Of a stretch of DNA of 64,000 nucleotides, positions 11,115 to 26,100 are shown piece after piece (the stretch's first letter is position 1; each line of letters opens with the position of its first letter). The position numbers and the translations under genes are program-made. Where the stretch lies: assembly GCF_004010195.1 (NCBI RefSeq), contig NC_057718.1, forward strand, positions 63,078,225 through 63,142,224, in the 5' to 3' direction. The notes under the pieces were generated by a model. The model did no database searches. It saw only the letters and a program-made list of their open reading frames with translations, and was not told where the DNA came from. This DNA is from Chiloscyllium plagiosum. Taxonomy: Eukaryota.

Positions 11115-14100
11115 CTGCAGACAGAAACATTGTTAACAGGCAAAAATAAAAGAATCCAGTTAATAACAATTGTCTGTCATGTTGAAATTAGACTAATTCC
11201 ATTCTTCTGCTGCAAAAATAGCAATTTCAGTGCGCATTATATCATATTGACTTGTGCCAATATAAAAGTAATCCTAAAAACCTACCTATGTTGCGCTGCA
11301 AAGTAGTGTTCTTTCAGAATAATACAGTAACCTTTAGTATATTACATCCTGAAAATTGTGATTTTATATGAATCACAATTTCTCATAGGAATCAATGTTA
11401 AAATAGTTATTACTGCACAAGGTATATTTAAATAACCTATGTACAGGTTGAAATATTGTACCCTCTGTGCATTCTTTGCTGAAATACCTTACAAAATAAA
11501 TACTATAATTTTGTACATTGACTTTTCTTAAGGTTCAAATTGAAAAGCTATATCTTCCTAAATATCCTTGGAACATTAATGTAAATAAAAATTTAAATGC
11601 TTTAAGTGTTTAAAAAAATTGCGAACTTAACATTGTTTTACGCTAAGTATTATCTCGTGGCAGATTGGTTGACTCGGAGCAACTGAATCCCAGGTCTACC
11701 TGCACTAACCAACTTTTGCCAATAGTTGGCACCCAAGAACTGAGCACAAATTTGGAATAGAAGCCAAGAGCCAGAAAATGAGCAAGTTACTAGTGGTAGC
11801 AGAGGTGGACAAAAAAAAAATGGACAATAGGAACAGGAGTCAGATTAAAGGGAAACAAATATGGGCTTCAGATTGGAGGGCGAGAGCAAGGGAAGTATTG
11901 AGAAAAAGTGTGTCATGTGTGCATGTCAGGTAACAGCACAGAAGTCTGTGGCAAGCAATATTAAAAAGTGAAACACTCAAATTTAAATGGATATACTAAC
12001 ACTTAACAAGGTTGCCTATTTACACTTCCATGGTTACTGCTTCCAGTATTTGGCTGAGACGGGCAAAACTACAAATTGAGTACTTCCTTTAAATGGGCAT
12101 TCATGTGCTTGCTTATCCAGTAGGTACTCGATGTCAATTTTAGAAACAGTCGTCATTTTTAAAACACAAATTAGAATCAAGCATGAGTAGGAACCCTGGC
12201 CCACCCCAAAATCATGCTACAATTTGCTGTTAGCAAAAACTAAACTCTAGGGTTCAAATCTGAAACTTTTTGTAACTAACTACTAGGAATGTAGTTAAAA
12301 CACTCTGTAGTATAGCTCCAAGTCAAATGTGAGAAACCTTGTACAGTGTTTAATTAATGTTGGGCAGGCAAGCTTTAATGAAGGTATTCATTTAGAGAAT
12401 AACCACACAAGTTAAAATCTGCATACAACTTTGTTAAGAAAAGAAAACGTCTTCGCCTTTTCTATAAATAGCTCACATCATAAAATTCCATTTGCTCAAA
12501 TATTTGGAAAGCCAAATTTTCTTTTTCACAAAACTACAAATGGATCAGGAATGAGTCTTGGTTTCATAATCAGATATGGAATAATAATTCTGGAAACAGA
12601 TCAATGAAACTGGACTGGTTTTGTTACACAGAATAAAATCTCTATGGTAGAACAATCTGCATTCATACTTAAATAGATTCTGCAAGCAACAACTCAAATT
12701 TGTGAAAAGTGACTGGAGAACAATGATAAGTTAGAAACTATTAGAAAATTACCTATACTGACTCTCAACCAACAATAATGAGGCCCACCATACATAAGGA
12801 GCAGCATTAATTTTACAGTCATAGAAACAGACTCTTTGGTCCAACTCATCCACGTTAACTAGATATCCTAACCTAATCTAGTTCCATTTGCCAGCTTTGG
12901 TCCATATCCTTCTAAATCCTTCCTATTCTTATACCCATTCAGATGTCTTCTAAATATTGTAATTGTACCAGCCTCCATCACTTCCTCTGGCAGCTCATCC
13001 CATACACACACCACCCTCGGCGTAAAAAGGTTGCCCCTTGGGTCCCTTTTCCCCATCCCATGCCCTATGCCCTCTAGATTTGGACTCCACCCCCTGCTCT
13101 CCATGGAGAAAAGACCTTGGCTATTCACCCTATCTACGCCCTTCATAATTTTATAACTTCTATAAGGTCACCCCTCAGCCTTCGACACTCCAGTGAAAAC
13201 AGCTCCAGCCTATTCAGCCTCTCCCTACTGCTGAAATCCTCCAACCCTAGCAACATCCTTGAAAATCTTTTCTGAACCATTTTAAGTTTCACAACATTCC
13301 TGGAGCAGGGAGACCAGAATTACACACATTATTCCAGAAGTGGCCTAACCAATGTCCTGTACAGCCACAACATGATCTCCCAACTCCTATACTCAATGCA
13401 CTAATCGATAAAGACAAGCATACCATATGACTTCTTCACTATCCTGTCGACCTGGGACTCTACTTTCAAGGAACCATGAACCTGCACTCCAAGGTGTCTC
13501 TGTTCTGCCACACTCCCTAGGGCCTTACCATTAAGTGTATAAGTCCTGTTCTTTCCAAAATTCAGCATTGCACTTTTATCCACTCCTTGGCCCACTGGCA
13601 CATCTGATCAAGGTCCTGTTATACTCTGAGGTATGACAAGGTTGTTGTTGGCTGTCCACTACACATTCAATTTTGGTGTCATCAGCAAATGTATTAACTA
13701 TACCTCCTATACTCACATCCAAACCATTTATATAAATGACAAAACACAGCAGACCCAGCACTGATCCTTGTGGCACACCGCTAGTCATAGGCCTCCAGCC
13801 TGTAAAGCAAACCTCCACCACCCTGTCTCCTAACTTCGAGCCAGTTCTTTTTTCAAATGGCTAGTTCTCCCTGCATTCCATGTGATCTAACCTTATTAGC
13901 CAGTCTACCATGCAGAAGCTTGTCAAACGCCTTACTGAAGTCCATTAGATCACATCCACTGTTCTGCCTTCATCAATTCTTTTATTACTTCTTCAAAAAA
14001 CTCAACTATGTTAGCAAGACATGATTTCCCATGCACAAAGCCATGTTGACTATCCCTAATCAGTCTTTGCCTTTCCAAATATGTGTAAATCAGTCCCTCA

Positions 14101-17100
14101 GGATTCCCTCCAGCAAATTGCCCACCACCGATGTCAGGCTCACTTGTCTATAGTTCCTAGCTTTTCCTCATCACCTTTCACAAATAATGGTATTAGGCAA
14201 GAACTTTCAAAAATTGATTGGGGTCAGATTTTGCAGGTAAAAGGATGGCTGGGGAATTGGAAGCCTTCAAAAATGAGGTAAAACGTTAGCCAACCTCCAG
14301 TCTTCTCACTTATGGCAATTTGTGATACAAATATCTCAGCAAGGGACACAGTAATCACTTCCCTAGCTTCCCACACTTCTAGGGTACATCCGATCAGATC
14401 CTGAGGATCTCGCCCCCTATCCTTCCTGTAGGATCTATACCCTGGAACATTAAGCTACTGTCCTGTCCATCCCTTAGCCTTGTTTCTGTAATTGCTATGG
14501 CATCCCAGTCCTATGTTCCCAACCATGCCCTGAGTTCAACTGCATTACCCGTCAGGTCTTTCGAACTGAAATGCAGTTTAAATTTATCAGTCCTACCTCA
14601 TTTTCTGCTTTGTTCCTGCCTGCCTTGACTATTTTACTCTAACCCCACTTTCCTGTTAGTAAGATCAGCTCAGGCTCAAACAGTTAACACATCTCATCTT
14701 TTTTTATTTGTTCAGGAATACAATTCAATGAAACCTGGAACTCTTACAACATTTTCATGTAACTACCTTGGTAGACAATTTAACAAAATTCCAATATTTG
14801 ATTATTCTTAATCTTCTTTACCTTGATTTGCACAAGAAAATCTCTCAAATGCTCTTTAAAAGCTGCAATATCCTGATTTAAACTGAAAAGGCCCGTTACA
14901 AATAATTTCACTTGTGCCCTGTTTGGAAAAAAAGAAAATTCAGATTAGGAAGTAAAGTAACAACTGATTAAAGCAAGCTTTTTAAAATCAAGACCAACAT
15001 ACTCTTGTAGATGTGGAAAAGCAGATTTCAGCAGATTGGCCACATAATCCTGAATGAATACATGATTAGTGACAGGATTTGTCGGGTTAAGAGGCACTGA
15101 TATTTTTCCTTCCTCCACCAGGTTAAACATGTATGCAAGTATTGATGCATGCATTGTCAAACCTACAAAAAAAAATAGAACGTTAAAAACTAATTTTCAC
15201 ATGAACATTTGACTTCTAGATGCAATTATGCAAACATTTATCTACAATCCTGTATTTCACAGATAGATTTGGTGAAAATTAGTTTAAAAACTTTAAAATC
15301 TGTTACAAGCAATCTAAATTGCAGTATATCATACTCTCAAATGGCAGAAATAATGACTGCAGCATTCAGATTTTATTATTATATCCAGCACCAATTTCTA
15401 ATCACCAACTATCATCTCTCAAAGCTTAATTCTGAAATTAAAATTCTTCCATGGCTTTATCCCTACTTTTCTCTTTAACATTGTCCGTATTCCTTAGTTA
15501 TAAGTTTTGCCTCTTATTAAAAGTAGCATTTTACATCAAATATATTACAAACCTGTACACTTACACTAAAGGTAAGTTGTTGATTTCTTTGCAGCTAAGC
15601 ATGTGACAACCAACCTAACTAGAAGATGGAACCAAGAGTTGGAACATTAAGGAGATATTGAGGGGATCTGGTGGTATACTGATGTTGTCACAGGACTCAA
15701 AACTCAGACTCTGGCTAATGCTCAAAGAACGTAGATGGATTTTATTTAAATTATTTGTATCCATTACTGAAATCTAGCCTCAGTAATAGTGACCATAAAA
15801 TTTACTTTGATTGTTGGAAAAATCCATCTGGTTCACTAACGTCCTTTAGCAAAGGACATCTGTCACCCTTAACTGGTCTAACCCATACATAACGTTCATG
15901 CCATTTCAGAGGACAGTCACTTCTAGGACAAAAAAGGATTGCCAGCAATACCCACATTCTGTGAAACATGACATTTTTTAAACGTCTGAAGTATCTTTTA
16001 TTTTACAACACTGGAAACAGTGTAAATTGTATCTTAAAAAGGTGACAACTTTACTGCTTAGGAAATAGCATAACAGTTTAGTTTTTACTAATATATCCTC
16101 ACTTATAATGCCAAAGTATGGAACAGTTTTTTGTATCAATAATTTCATAAGCAACTTCGCAAAAAACTAGCTAAGATTTGTCAACCCTCAACTTTATGTT
16201 GAATTTACTTTCAATCGTACATCACAGAAACTGAAACACAGGCCACTTCTACCTGTGAGACAGTATGAACTTGCAGTAGCAGGACCTGATTCCAAAAACC
16301 CTTAACGTTAAAGGTAAACCTACTTGCCTTGAAGACAGACTTCTGATTACATGGCACCAATTAACCTCTCAGACAGACCAAAGTACTTTACATTTCAGAA
16401 GAACATGATCTGGTGTAATCACAATTGTAAAGTAGGACAGTCAGGAGTCAAATTGCACAACCAAAGTCAAACAACTTTCATGTTTCTGTTATAACGCGGT
16501 AGTTCTGTTCTCATGCAATCCCATGTTATAAGAAAATTATGTAATAGCAGCACCATTAATTTAAGTGTTATAACCAATACACACTTTAAAAATTCCTTGT
16601 TTAGAAAGTGTCCCCAATTCATCAATCGCATCACAGTAGATTTGCATTAACGAAACGTGCGTTATAGCAGAACAACCTTTCATTGCTCAGTAAATCAATG
16701 AGTTGTAATTTTATATTGGTGACAACATCTATTGGATCTATTCTTAACCTTGACTGCCCCAAATTTCAAAATTATCACATCTTCAATGTTATCTTTGTGA
16801 ATCTACATTTCTTTTTCGTGACCCCAATAAGTTTGCCCAAAATGCCAGTATTCTAGAGGCATCAAAACCATTACAGTCTTAAACTATACTTGCTGTATAA
16901 TGTTGTTAGAATGAACTAATGGTTTCAAAATTTTTGGTTCATTTCACAAATTATTAATTTGCAAGAACAAAACACGAAAAAAGGAAATCTTATGAAAGAT
17001 GAAATTAATGCAGAAGTGGTCCATGGAGTCAAGTGGCAAATTGACTACCAAATTGCTACTTGCATAATTACAATTGTAAAGGTTCAGCGTTTTGCAGATA

Positions 17101-20100
17101 GTCTTATAAAGAAAGATGCTGTACAAAACCATAAATATGAGAACACCTAACCTTCGATTCCTGGATTATTTTAAATTAATTTTAAACAGACAATTGTTGG
17201 GAAGCTGCAGTAAAACAAATTAGTAATTAGGAAGGAAACAAAAGAATAATTTACTCAACGCAGACATTAATTACATCACCAAAGTTTCCCAATTCCCCAT
17301 GCAAATTACTTTTCAAATCAAACTTCTCTACCAATCTGGAACAAATATTTAGTTAGTTGTAACCAAATTCTAAAACAGTGAAAAGAAATAATCATTGCTA
17401 CTTATGCAATGTGCTCACCAGCAGTATGAGATGTATCTGTGACAACAGAAAATATATGTTGAAGAATATCACAAAAGTATGTCTGATAGAAACTTTGGGC
17501 AGCTGCCTCTTCTTGGGCAACATTTTGTAGCAGAGTATAGAGGATTTGCAGACCTATTATATAAAACATGGTTGCAAAAAGTCAATGGTCAGAAACAAAA
17601 TTATACATAGGAAATTTGATTAAAAAAATAAAGTTAAACAAACCTGTATCAGCAACATTTCTCATTGTGTGCTTAAAAGCCCATATTATAGAATCTAAAA
17701 CTAGCTTAAATTGTGCTGGAGGAATGGCTAGGAATGCTGGGAAACAATGTGAATTTACAGCTTGTAAAAGTAAGAAGAAATTTGTTCGATGTTCAGGATA
17801 TTCCTCGAAGTCCTGAAATTAAAAAAAAAGAAATAGTTGAGACATTACGGGAACTTTAGAAGAATTCAGTTGAAAAGAACACAAACATTGGAATCTCTAC
17901 AGCACCAAGTAGTAAAATGCCACTGTACACATGAAAATTCCTGATTATGGCTGCATTCCTTTCAATTAAAATAGTTTTTATTTTGAAAGTGTTAACCCTT
18001 GGACACAATAGTATGCAGTCATGCTACTTTCCACCTGGAAATAGGCTAAGTTTGCAAACAGATTCTGCACGGCCAAGATCAGCAAAGACAAATGTGGGAC
18101 AAAAGAGAAGGCAGTTCATAAATTTAGATATTAAATACAAAATGAAGGAAAATACCACTTCCTGATGATGCACAGCTTAAAAGCCTACAAATACATTAAA
18201 CTAGTTTTGAAGATCTTTTCAACCCTACTTCACACTGCAACATTCTCAAGTAAGTAGCATCCCTGGCCTCGAACAAGTGATTTTTCTTTAGGAAAATGCC
18301 CAGAATGCTGGAACAAGCTGTCACATTTTGTCCCATGTATCCACTCATGACAGCAGGGGAAACTCTGTGTGGGGAGTTAGACAATTTACGTGTTGCCCAC
18401 AACTTTTTGGGTCAGTGTAGAAGAAATCCAATACAGCATCCTAATATGCATTTAGAATGGAAAAAGCTAAAGACGAAATATTACTCTTAATATCCCTTAA
18501 TATGCAATAGGAGAAAGTGAGGTCTGCAGATGCTGGAGATCATAATATGCAATAAACAATTAGTTTAATTTTGGTCATCTTTGCTTTCAAACTAGAAATC
18601 CTTAGTGGATTCAAACCAGAAGTCCTTTTTGGACAATTATTCTCATTCCTTACGGAGGATCCTGAGGTAGCAGCAGAACCATGCACTTTGAAGCTTACCG
18701 TATCAGTTTAGAACTGAAAGGATGGACTTTGGGGGCAGCTATCTTGCTCAAAATGTTTACAACTACTCACCTCATGATACTAGCTCAGATTTTGCAATCA
18801 ATGGCAAAATGACATGGCCCACCAAAACAGGAAACTGCCCATCAAACTCTCTTTAATTTTCTATTAATGTGGGCAGCCAGTGGGTTCTAACATGCTATTC
18901 TCCTTCAAAGTGCTGCACTGCCATGAAACTGGAAAGGAACATGGCTCGTGAACAAATTTGTTTCTGTGTGGCATATTCCTTATTGCTGTGCAATCACACA
19001 ACTTTGAGAAGCTTGATCTCTTCAAACATTGAGTGATCTGTGTGGCATTAGTTTCCCCTTTCCCAACATTAGTTTAACTCAAATCAAAAAGCTGTCCAGA
19101 TGCCCAGCTAAAGTGTAATGAATAAACAGGATAATAACCAAAGTTCTCAGATAGCAAATTAGGAATTAAAGACACTGCCTATTTTTTGCTTTCATATTTT
19201 AGAGATCAAAATAAATGATCAGCACATACCTTAATAAAATCTAAAATTAAAAATGTGCAAATCACAATTGGAAAAATTATGAAGTCTACTCCATTTATAA
19301 ATCCAGTTACATTGCATTGAAAGCCTCCAACACTCCAGGGAAAATCACCCCTGCATATTCAGCCTTTTGGTATAACTAAGCTCTCCAACCCTGGCAACAT
19401 CTTTGTAAAGTCTTTGCTGAATCCTTTCAAGTTTCACAACATCTTTGCTATAACAGGGAGAACAGAATGTACTAAGTATTCCAAAAGTGGCTTCACCAAA
19501 GTACCGTACACCCGCAACATGACATCCCAATTCCTATACTCAATGCACTAACCAATAAAGGCAAGAACACCAAATACAGTAGCACCTCAACATACGAACG
19601 ACCCCGTTCACAAACAAATCGGTTTATGAACAGGATTGTACGTAAAATTTTGCTTCAACATACGTACGAAATTCAAGGTACGAACACAAAAAGCCAGTGT
19701 GCAACCATGTGGTTTCAATGTTCTGCTTTGCTACGCGCTTGTTGAATGCAAAAGCTCTTGGGCCCTGCGTGATCTCATTCAGTTAGTCTTTGGCACGTGC
19801 GCTGTGAACAGCGCTCGTTGCTACGTCCAAACATCCTTACGAACAATGGGAAAAATTGATTCAATTCGCAAACTTTTCGGTTCGCGAACCGGGTCCCGGA
19901 ACAGATTAAGTTCGTAAGTCGAGGCACTACTGCATCTTCTTCACTAACGTTTATACCGTGACTCCACTCAAGGAACTATAAACCTACACTCTAAGGTCTC
20001 TCTGTTCAGCAACACTCCCCAGTCCTTACCATTAGTGTATTAGTCCTGGCCTGATTTACTTGTCCAAAGTGCAGCACTTCATATTTATCAAAATTAAACT

Positions 20101-23100
20101 CTACCTGCCACTCCTCAGCCCAATGGCCCATCTGATCAAGGTTCTGTTGTACTCCAAGGTAACCACCTTTGTTGTCGGCTGCACCTTCAATTTTGATGTC
20201 ATCTGCAAACTTACTAACCATACCTCCTATGTTCACATCCAAATCATTTATATAAATGACAGAAAAGCAGTGGACCCAGCACGGATCCTTGTGGCATACC
20301 AATGGTCACAGGCCTCCAACCTGAGAAGTAACCCTACACCACCACCATCTTCTACCTTTGAGTCAGTTCTCCCTGCCTTCCATGTGATCTAACCTTGCTA
20401 ACCCGTCTACCTAATGACAAACCTTGGTGACCGTCTTAAATGAGGTCAACGTAGATCACACCCACTGCTCTGCCCTCAATGCTCTGTTATTTCTTGCTCA
20501 TTTTCCCAACTTCACCAGTCTCAAACAGATCTCTTTCCTCACTGTCTCCCTGGGTCCCTCCCAACACACCCTTCCTAGTTTAAATCCTCCTGAGTAGCTC
20601 TGGTAAGTCTCCCCACCAGTACACTATTCCCCTTCCAATTTAGGTGCAATCCGTCCTTCTTATACAGGTCACTTCTACTCCAGAAGAGATTCTAATGATC
20701 CAAAAAGTGAGAGTACTTCTTTGCATCAGTTCCTCAAACACACATTCAGCTGCTCTACTCTCACTAGCTCATGGCGCGGGGAGCAATGCAGATATTATTA
20801 CCCTTGAGGATCTACTTTTAAAATTCCTGTCTAACTTCCAATATTCTCCCCAGAATCTTGTAGTTTTCTTTTCTTATGTTGTGAGTTCCGATGTGTGCAT
20901 TGTCCTCCTGCTGGTCCTTCTTCCCTTTGAGAATATTCTGCACCCTGTCCAAGATATCCTTGATCCTGGGACCAGGTAGGCAACAGACCATTGAGGTCTC
21001 ATTGTCAACCATTGTTTGTCTTTGCCTCTGAATAGAGTCCCCTTTCACAATCGCTTTATTTGGAACCTGACATACCTTTTGTTACAGTAGAAACCTGGCT
21101 GTCAGTGCTCCATTCCCCCTCATCCCCGACATTTTCCAAAGCAGCATTCTTGTTTGAGACACTGGCACTTGTTGCCTATCCCTCCTACCTTGCACATGTG
21201 TGGGTTTAATGTTTCAAAGAGTAACAACATTGCAAGCCAATTGTTTTATGTTATAACCGCTGGCTCATGAATACTTTTTAATGAATAAATCTACCATTGG
21301 CCACGACATAAAAATGACTTTTTTTTGAAACCACAATATTTCTGAATATACTCAGCTTAAGTCAAGCACTTTTCAGCCATGATATGCTACACTCATTGAT
21401 CGTCAGTCTCAACTTTTTAAGCCAAATAGCTGCTTTACTTCTCAACACCTTGGAATGAATGGGATCAAGAAAGCCATGTTTCAGGCTTTTTTTTCCTAAG
21501 AAGAAATATCCTCACATGGTGAATAACAAAGATGGAGACCATCTACACCAAGCATTCACTCTTCAACATACAAGCTCGCTCAATTTTGAAGGGATTCTGA
21601 GATTTCAAAAGGTTGATTTATATGACAACATCCAAAGTTATAATAGTCATCTACTTTCTTCACATTTTTTTTCCTCTGCTGAAACTATGTTACCTGACAA
21701 CTGCATTTTTAACTCATGAAGAAATCGTTTTATGATTCCCAACAATCAGAACGATTTGACTATTCCTATAATTAGAAGGCTGGATGAAATTTTAAAACCT
21801 GGTCAAACACCTCATACTGAAGTAAAGCTTAGCATAGTTTTTTGCTTTTTTAAAAACTGCAGCCAATCATCAAATTATTTATAGCACACCATCACTTCCC
21901 CAAAGCTCCTATCAAATTGCCATGCACTCCAGTCTCCAATTGCTTTCGCTTTTCATCTTAACCATTTTATTTTAAATTAATATTGTTCATATTGGCTTAA
22001 AGGCATCAGTTACTAATCAATATTAAAATTATCTGATTGCATTGCTTCTCATTGCCTCAATTTTATATATTTCAGCATGAAGCATTAATAAATGTTGCTT
22101 TCAATGCAATTCTCAAAGAAAAAGCAATGGTAACAATACAATCACAGAATTGTTACAACACAAAAGGAATGCATTCATTCCATCACTGCACCAGCTCCCC
22201 AAATGAGCTATTGACTTAGTGTCATTCCCCTGCCTTATCTTCATAACCCTGCATATGTTCTTTTTCAGATAATAATCCAGTTGCCTTGTGAATATCTCTG
22301 TCACACTCAGTCAACACATTCCAGATCCCAGCTACCTACATCATGAAAAAGTTCCTCATGCCTCAATTAATCACCTTAAATCTGTGCCCAGGTTTTTGAT
22401 GCTTTTACCAATTTTTTAGATTAATACATTACTCTTTAACCTCAAGTACATGCTTCATATCCAGATATAAAGCAGATTATCTCCTACGTGACTGCCTGCA
22501 TTGGTCTCACGGGAGCATCCTTACTGCATACACTGAGATAATCTATAGTTCAATTTTAGAAATATAACTTTCAGTTTAATGAGACAATTGAAATCATCAC
22601 CTCTTCTAAATAAAGGTTGGTGCAAGTTCTAGTAAATGTTAAATCCCAGTTCATCCCAATGGAATCGGTCTTAAATATTTAGGATAAACTGTAAAATTGA
22701 CCTTTTCACTTGCATTTTCAGATGATTATCAAAATAGAAGGCTGAAATATCTGCAAGTGCCTTCAGTAACAATAGTCAAAAAGGATACTACTGTGCCTTC
22801 TCCCAAAGTCTGCACTACATATCCTGCCCACCAAGATAAGCATTCACCAAATAAAAAGAGGGTATAAACCTGAGTATCTTGATTAATGTTAAATAACTCC
22901 ACACCAAAACAAACGAACCCCAAAGAAGTGTTTTCTGTACAACTATGACATTAGCATCTACTCAAGTGTGGAAGGTCATAAGGGTTTAGCCAATCTGTCC
23001 AAATCTACTCCACCGTCTAATTGAATCACAGCTGTTCTAATTATGACCATAATGCCATGCTCTTGTGCCCTGCACTCCCTCGATCTAAAAACCATCAATT

Positions 23101-26100
23101 CTCATGTCAAGCAAAAAAACAGTCCAAGTCAGCCTTAAATATTTTTAAATCATCTAGCCTTCATTGCTCTCTGAGGAAGAGTCTAAGAATGACTCTTAAC
23201 TCTGTCTTAAAAGGGAGGCTCTTATTTTTAAGACAATGCTCCCTAGATCTAGACTCCTTTATCAATGTGAAACATCCTCTTAATCCTCCTCCGGATCGAA
23301 GTTTCCTCAAAGTAAACACGTTCATCCCAGATATAAGTCTTGAGAAGCTTCTGTGAACAGCTTCCAAAAGCAAGTATATTCTTTCCTCAAGTTAAACCAG
23401 CAAAACTGGACATAGTACACTCCCAGATGTAATCTCACCAATGCTGTACAGTTTTAGCAAGAGCTCCTTACTTTTAAACTCTATCCTTATACTTTCAGGG
23501 TAACATTTTGTTGTAGCACACTGGAAATTCAGCTGTCCTATTCCTGGAGTCATCAGAAAAGTTAATAGATTTTATATAAAATGCAGAATTCCTTATTTTC
23601 TGTCTTTCAAACTCAGGTTGACAGAAAGCAGGGACCAGGTTTCAGCACTCAAGAACTTCTATTACAAAAACTCAAGTTCTTACTACAGATAAACAATTAT
23701 GAAACATCGGCATATGACTCTAACCCCTTAAAAACCTCAATTTACACACACACACACACATGAACTGGTGTTATGGGCTAAAGCTATAACTGGAAAGGCA
23801 GTTCAACAGACCCTGGCTAGATTTGCCAAGACGTTCCCTTTGCCAAACAGAATGCTGCTTCTTGATCTTCCTTTTCCAGATACTTTTACTTGCTTGCAGG
23901 AGAATTAGTGGCAGAAGCCAAACATGGCAGTGAATGGCTGTTTCAGAGACTGGAGGCTGTTGTCTATTGTGCATAGATTGTAACAGCAGGGAGAATATGT
24001 TGGAGTTGTACAAAACCTTGGTCAGGCCATAGCTAGGAGTTGTTTGCGCACATTTCTGGTCACAACACTATAGGAAGGATGCAATTACACTGGAGGATAC
24101 AGAGGAGATTCAGTATGGTATGCCTGGAATGCAACATTTTAGCCATGAACACAGGTTGGGTATGCTCGGGTTGTTTTCTTTAGAGCAAAGGCGGAGTGGG
24201 GACCTCAGAGATATTTAAGATTACAATGGACATGGACAAGGTGGATTGGAATGAGGTGTTGCCTGTAGGTAAAGGGTCAATAACAACTTGCATACTTCTA
24301 AGGTGAATGACAGGAGATTTAGAGGAGTTTTGAGGAATATATTTTTATCCTTAATTTTAAATGCATTGCCTGGAAGGTAGCACAGGCAAGAAATCTCAAC
24401 TTTTAAAAAAGGACATGGGTGTACACTTGAAATGTCAATTTTCAAGGCTATGGACCAAGTGCTGTAAAGTAGGATTTATGGCTCATCAAGTCTGCACTGA
24501 CTTAAGGGCCTCTCCTGACTTGTATGAAGCACAGGTACACTTTTTATAAAGGTTAATTAACTAGTTAATTAGATGTCACTGCTGAAATCAACAGATGATG
24601 GGAAAAACAGGGTTTCAGGCCTGAAATGTTTTCGACCACAGATGAAAGTAAGCACCTTCTCTTCCAAGGTATGGCTTCTACCCTGAATATTCGCATCCCA
24701 AGCTGTTCCGCTGTCTGGGAGCTAATCATATGGTTGCTGGCAGGCAAGGTAACTAAGTGGTCATTGATAACTTGTCACCATTTCATTGAACAATCAGCTA
24801 CTTAATGCCAGCCAAATATCTCTGGACTCCATCTGCAACTAGTGCCTCCCACCAACGTTTGTATAAAGTAGCAATGCATGCAGCACTTGAGTGTCAGGAA
24901 ACTTGCTTTTATAAAGTAAAGAAATCCTTCAAAAATCCATGATCTTTAAATCAGTTATTTTCCCATTTCAGTCTGCAATCAAGAATATTGTAAAAGAAAG
25001 AGGTACGGACTTTACAATTTTATTTGCCTTCTTAATTACTGGAGGAAAATTACCCTACCCATACTTTGCACACAAATCTAATCTGCTAATCATAGTTTTA
25101 ATCAACCTCAGTGAATTAAGACAATTGTGGAATTCATCAAATAGTGTCATTAAATCACACCTCAGTCATCATCTGCTCAATTTAGGTATCAGGATAACAA
25201 TTGTTTCATACCTTATTACAGCCTTGTACCGTACACAAGAGCTGAGGGGTGACATAAGGTAGGTGGCCTCAATGCAAAAGTAATTTGATTGAGTATGGTA
25301 AAGAACCTCAGAAAAGTTGAGGTCAATTGGAATCAAGAGGGAATTCCTCAAATTGTTGGACAGATATTTGGCAAAGGCAGGAAGTTGAGTCAAATCAATC
25401 ACAGCCCATCACATAAGTACAAGAATTCCCAGAAGACTACTTAGCCCAAACTTTGTGAGCTGCTTAATGACCTGTATTTGTCAGAACAAAGTTCAGAATT
25501 GCTTATTCCCCGAATTTCAGTATTAACTCACTTTCAACAATCTGGACAAAGATGGGGTCACCTTTGGAAAAGGTGAGGACTGCAGATGCTGGAGATCAGA
25601 GTTGAAAATTGTGGCACTGGAAAAGTGCAGGTCAGGCAGCATCTGACGAGCAGGCGAATCAACATTTTCAGCATAAGTCCTTCATCAGCCACATTCCTGA
25701 TGCAGAGTTTATTGCCCAAAGCGTCGATTCTCCTGTTCCTCAGATGCTGCCTGACCTGCTGTGCTTTTCCAGCGCCACACTTTTCAATTCAGAACATTAA
25801 AGCCTCATTAACAAGGCTAAATGTGGATGAGTATTTCAACTTTCAAGAAACTCAAAATCAGCAGTATTGTGGTTGTAGTACAATAACAATCACCAAACCT
25901 CAATAATCAAAGAGAGGCAGAGGCAATATCACCTCAAGTTCTTTGATCACTGATACAAAAATCTAAAAGCATCGAGAGGGCATATTTCTGATATTTGTGG
26001 ATACTTTCCAGAGCATCAATGGATGGACAATAAATGTAGACATGAATCTCTCATTCTGGGAGCAGAGTATAAAAAGTGACAAGCTGTCAAAACCTCAACA

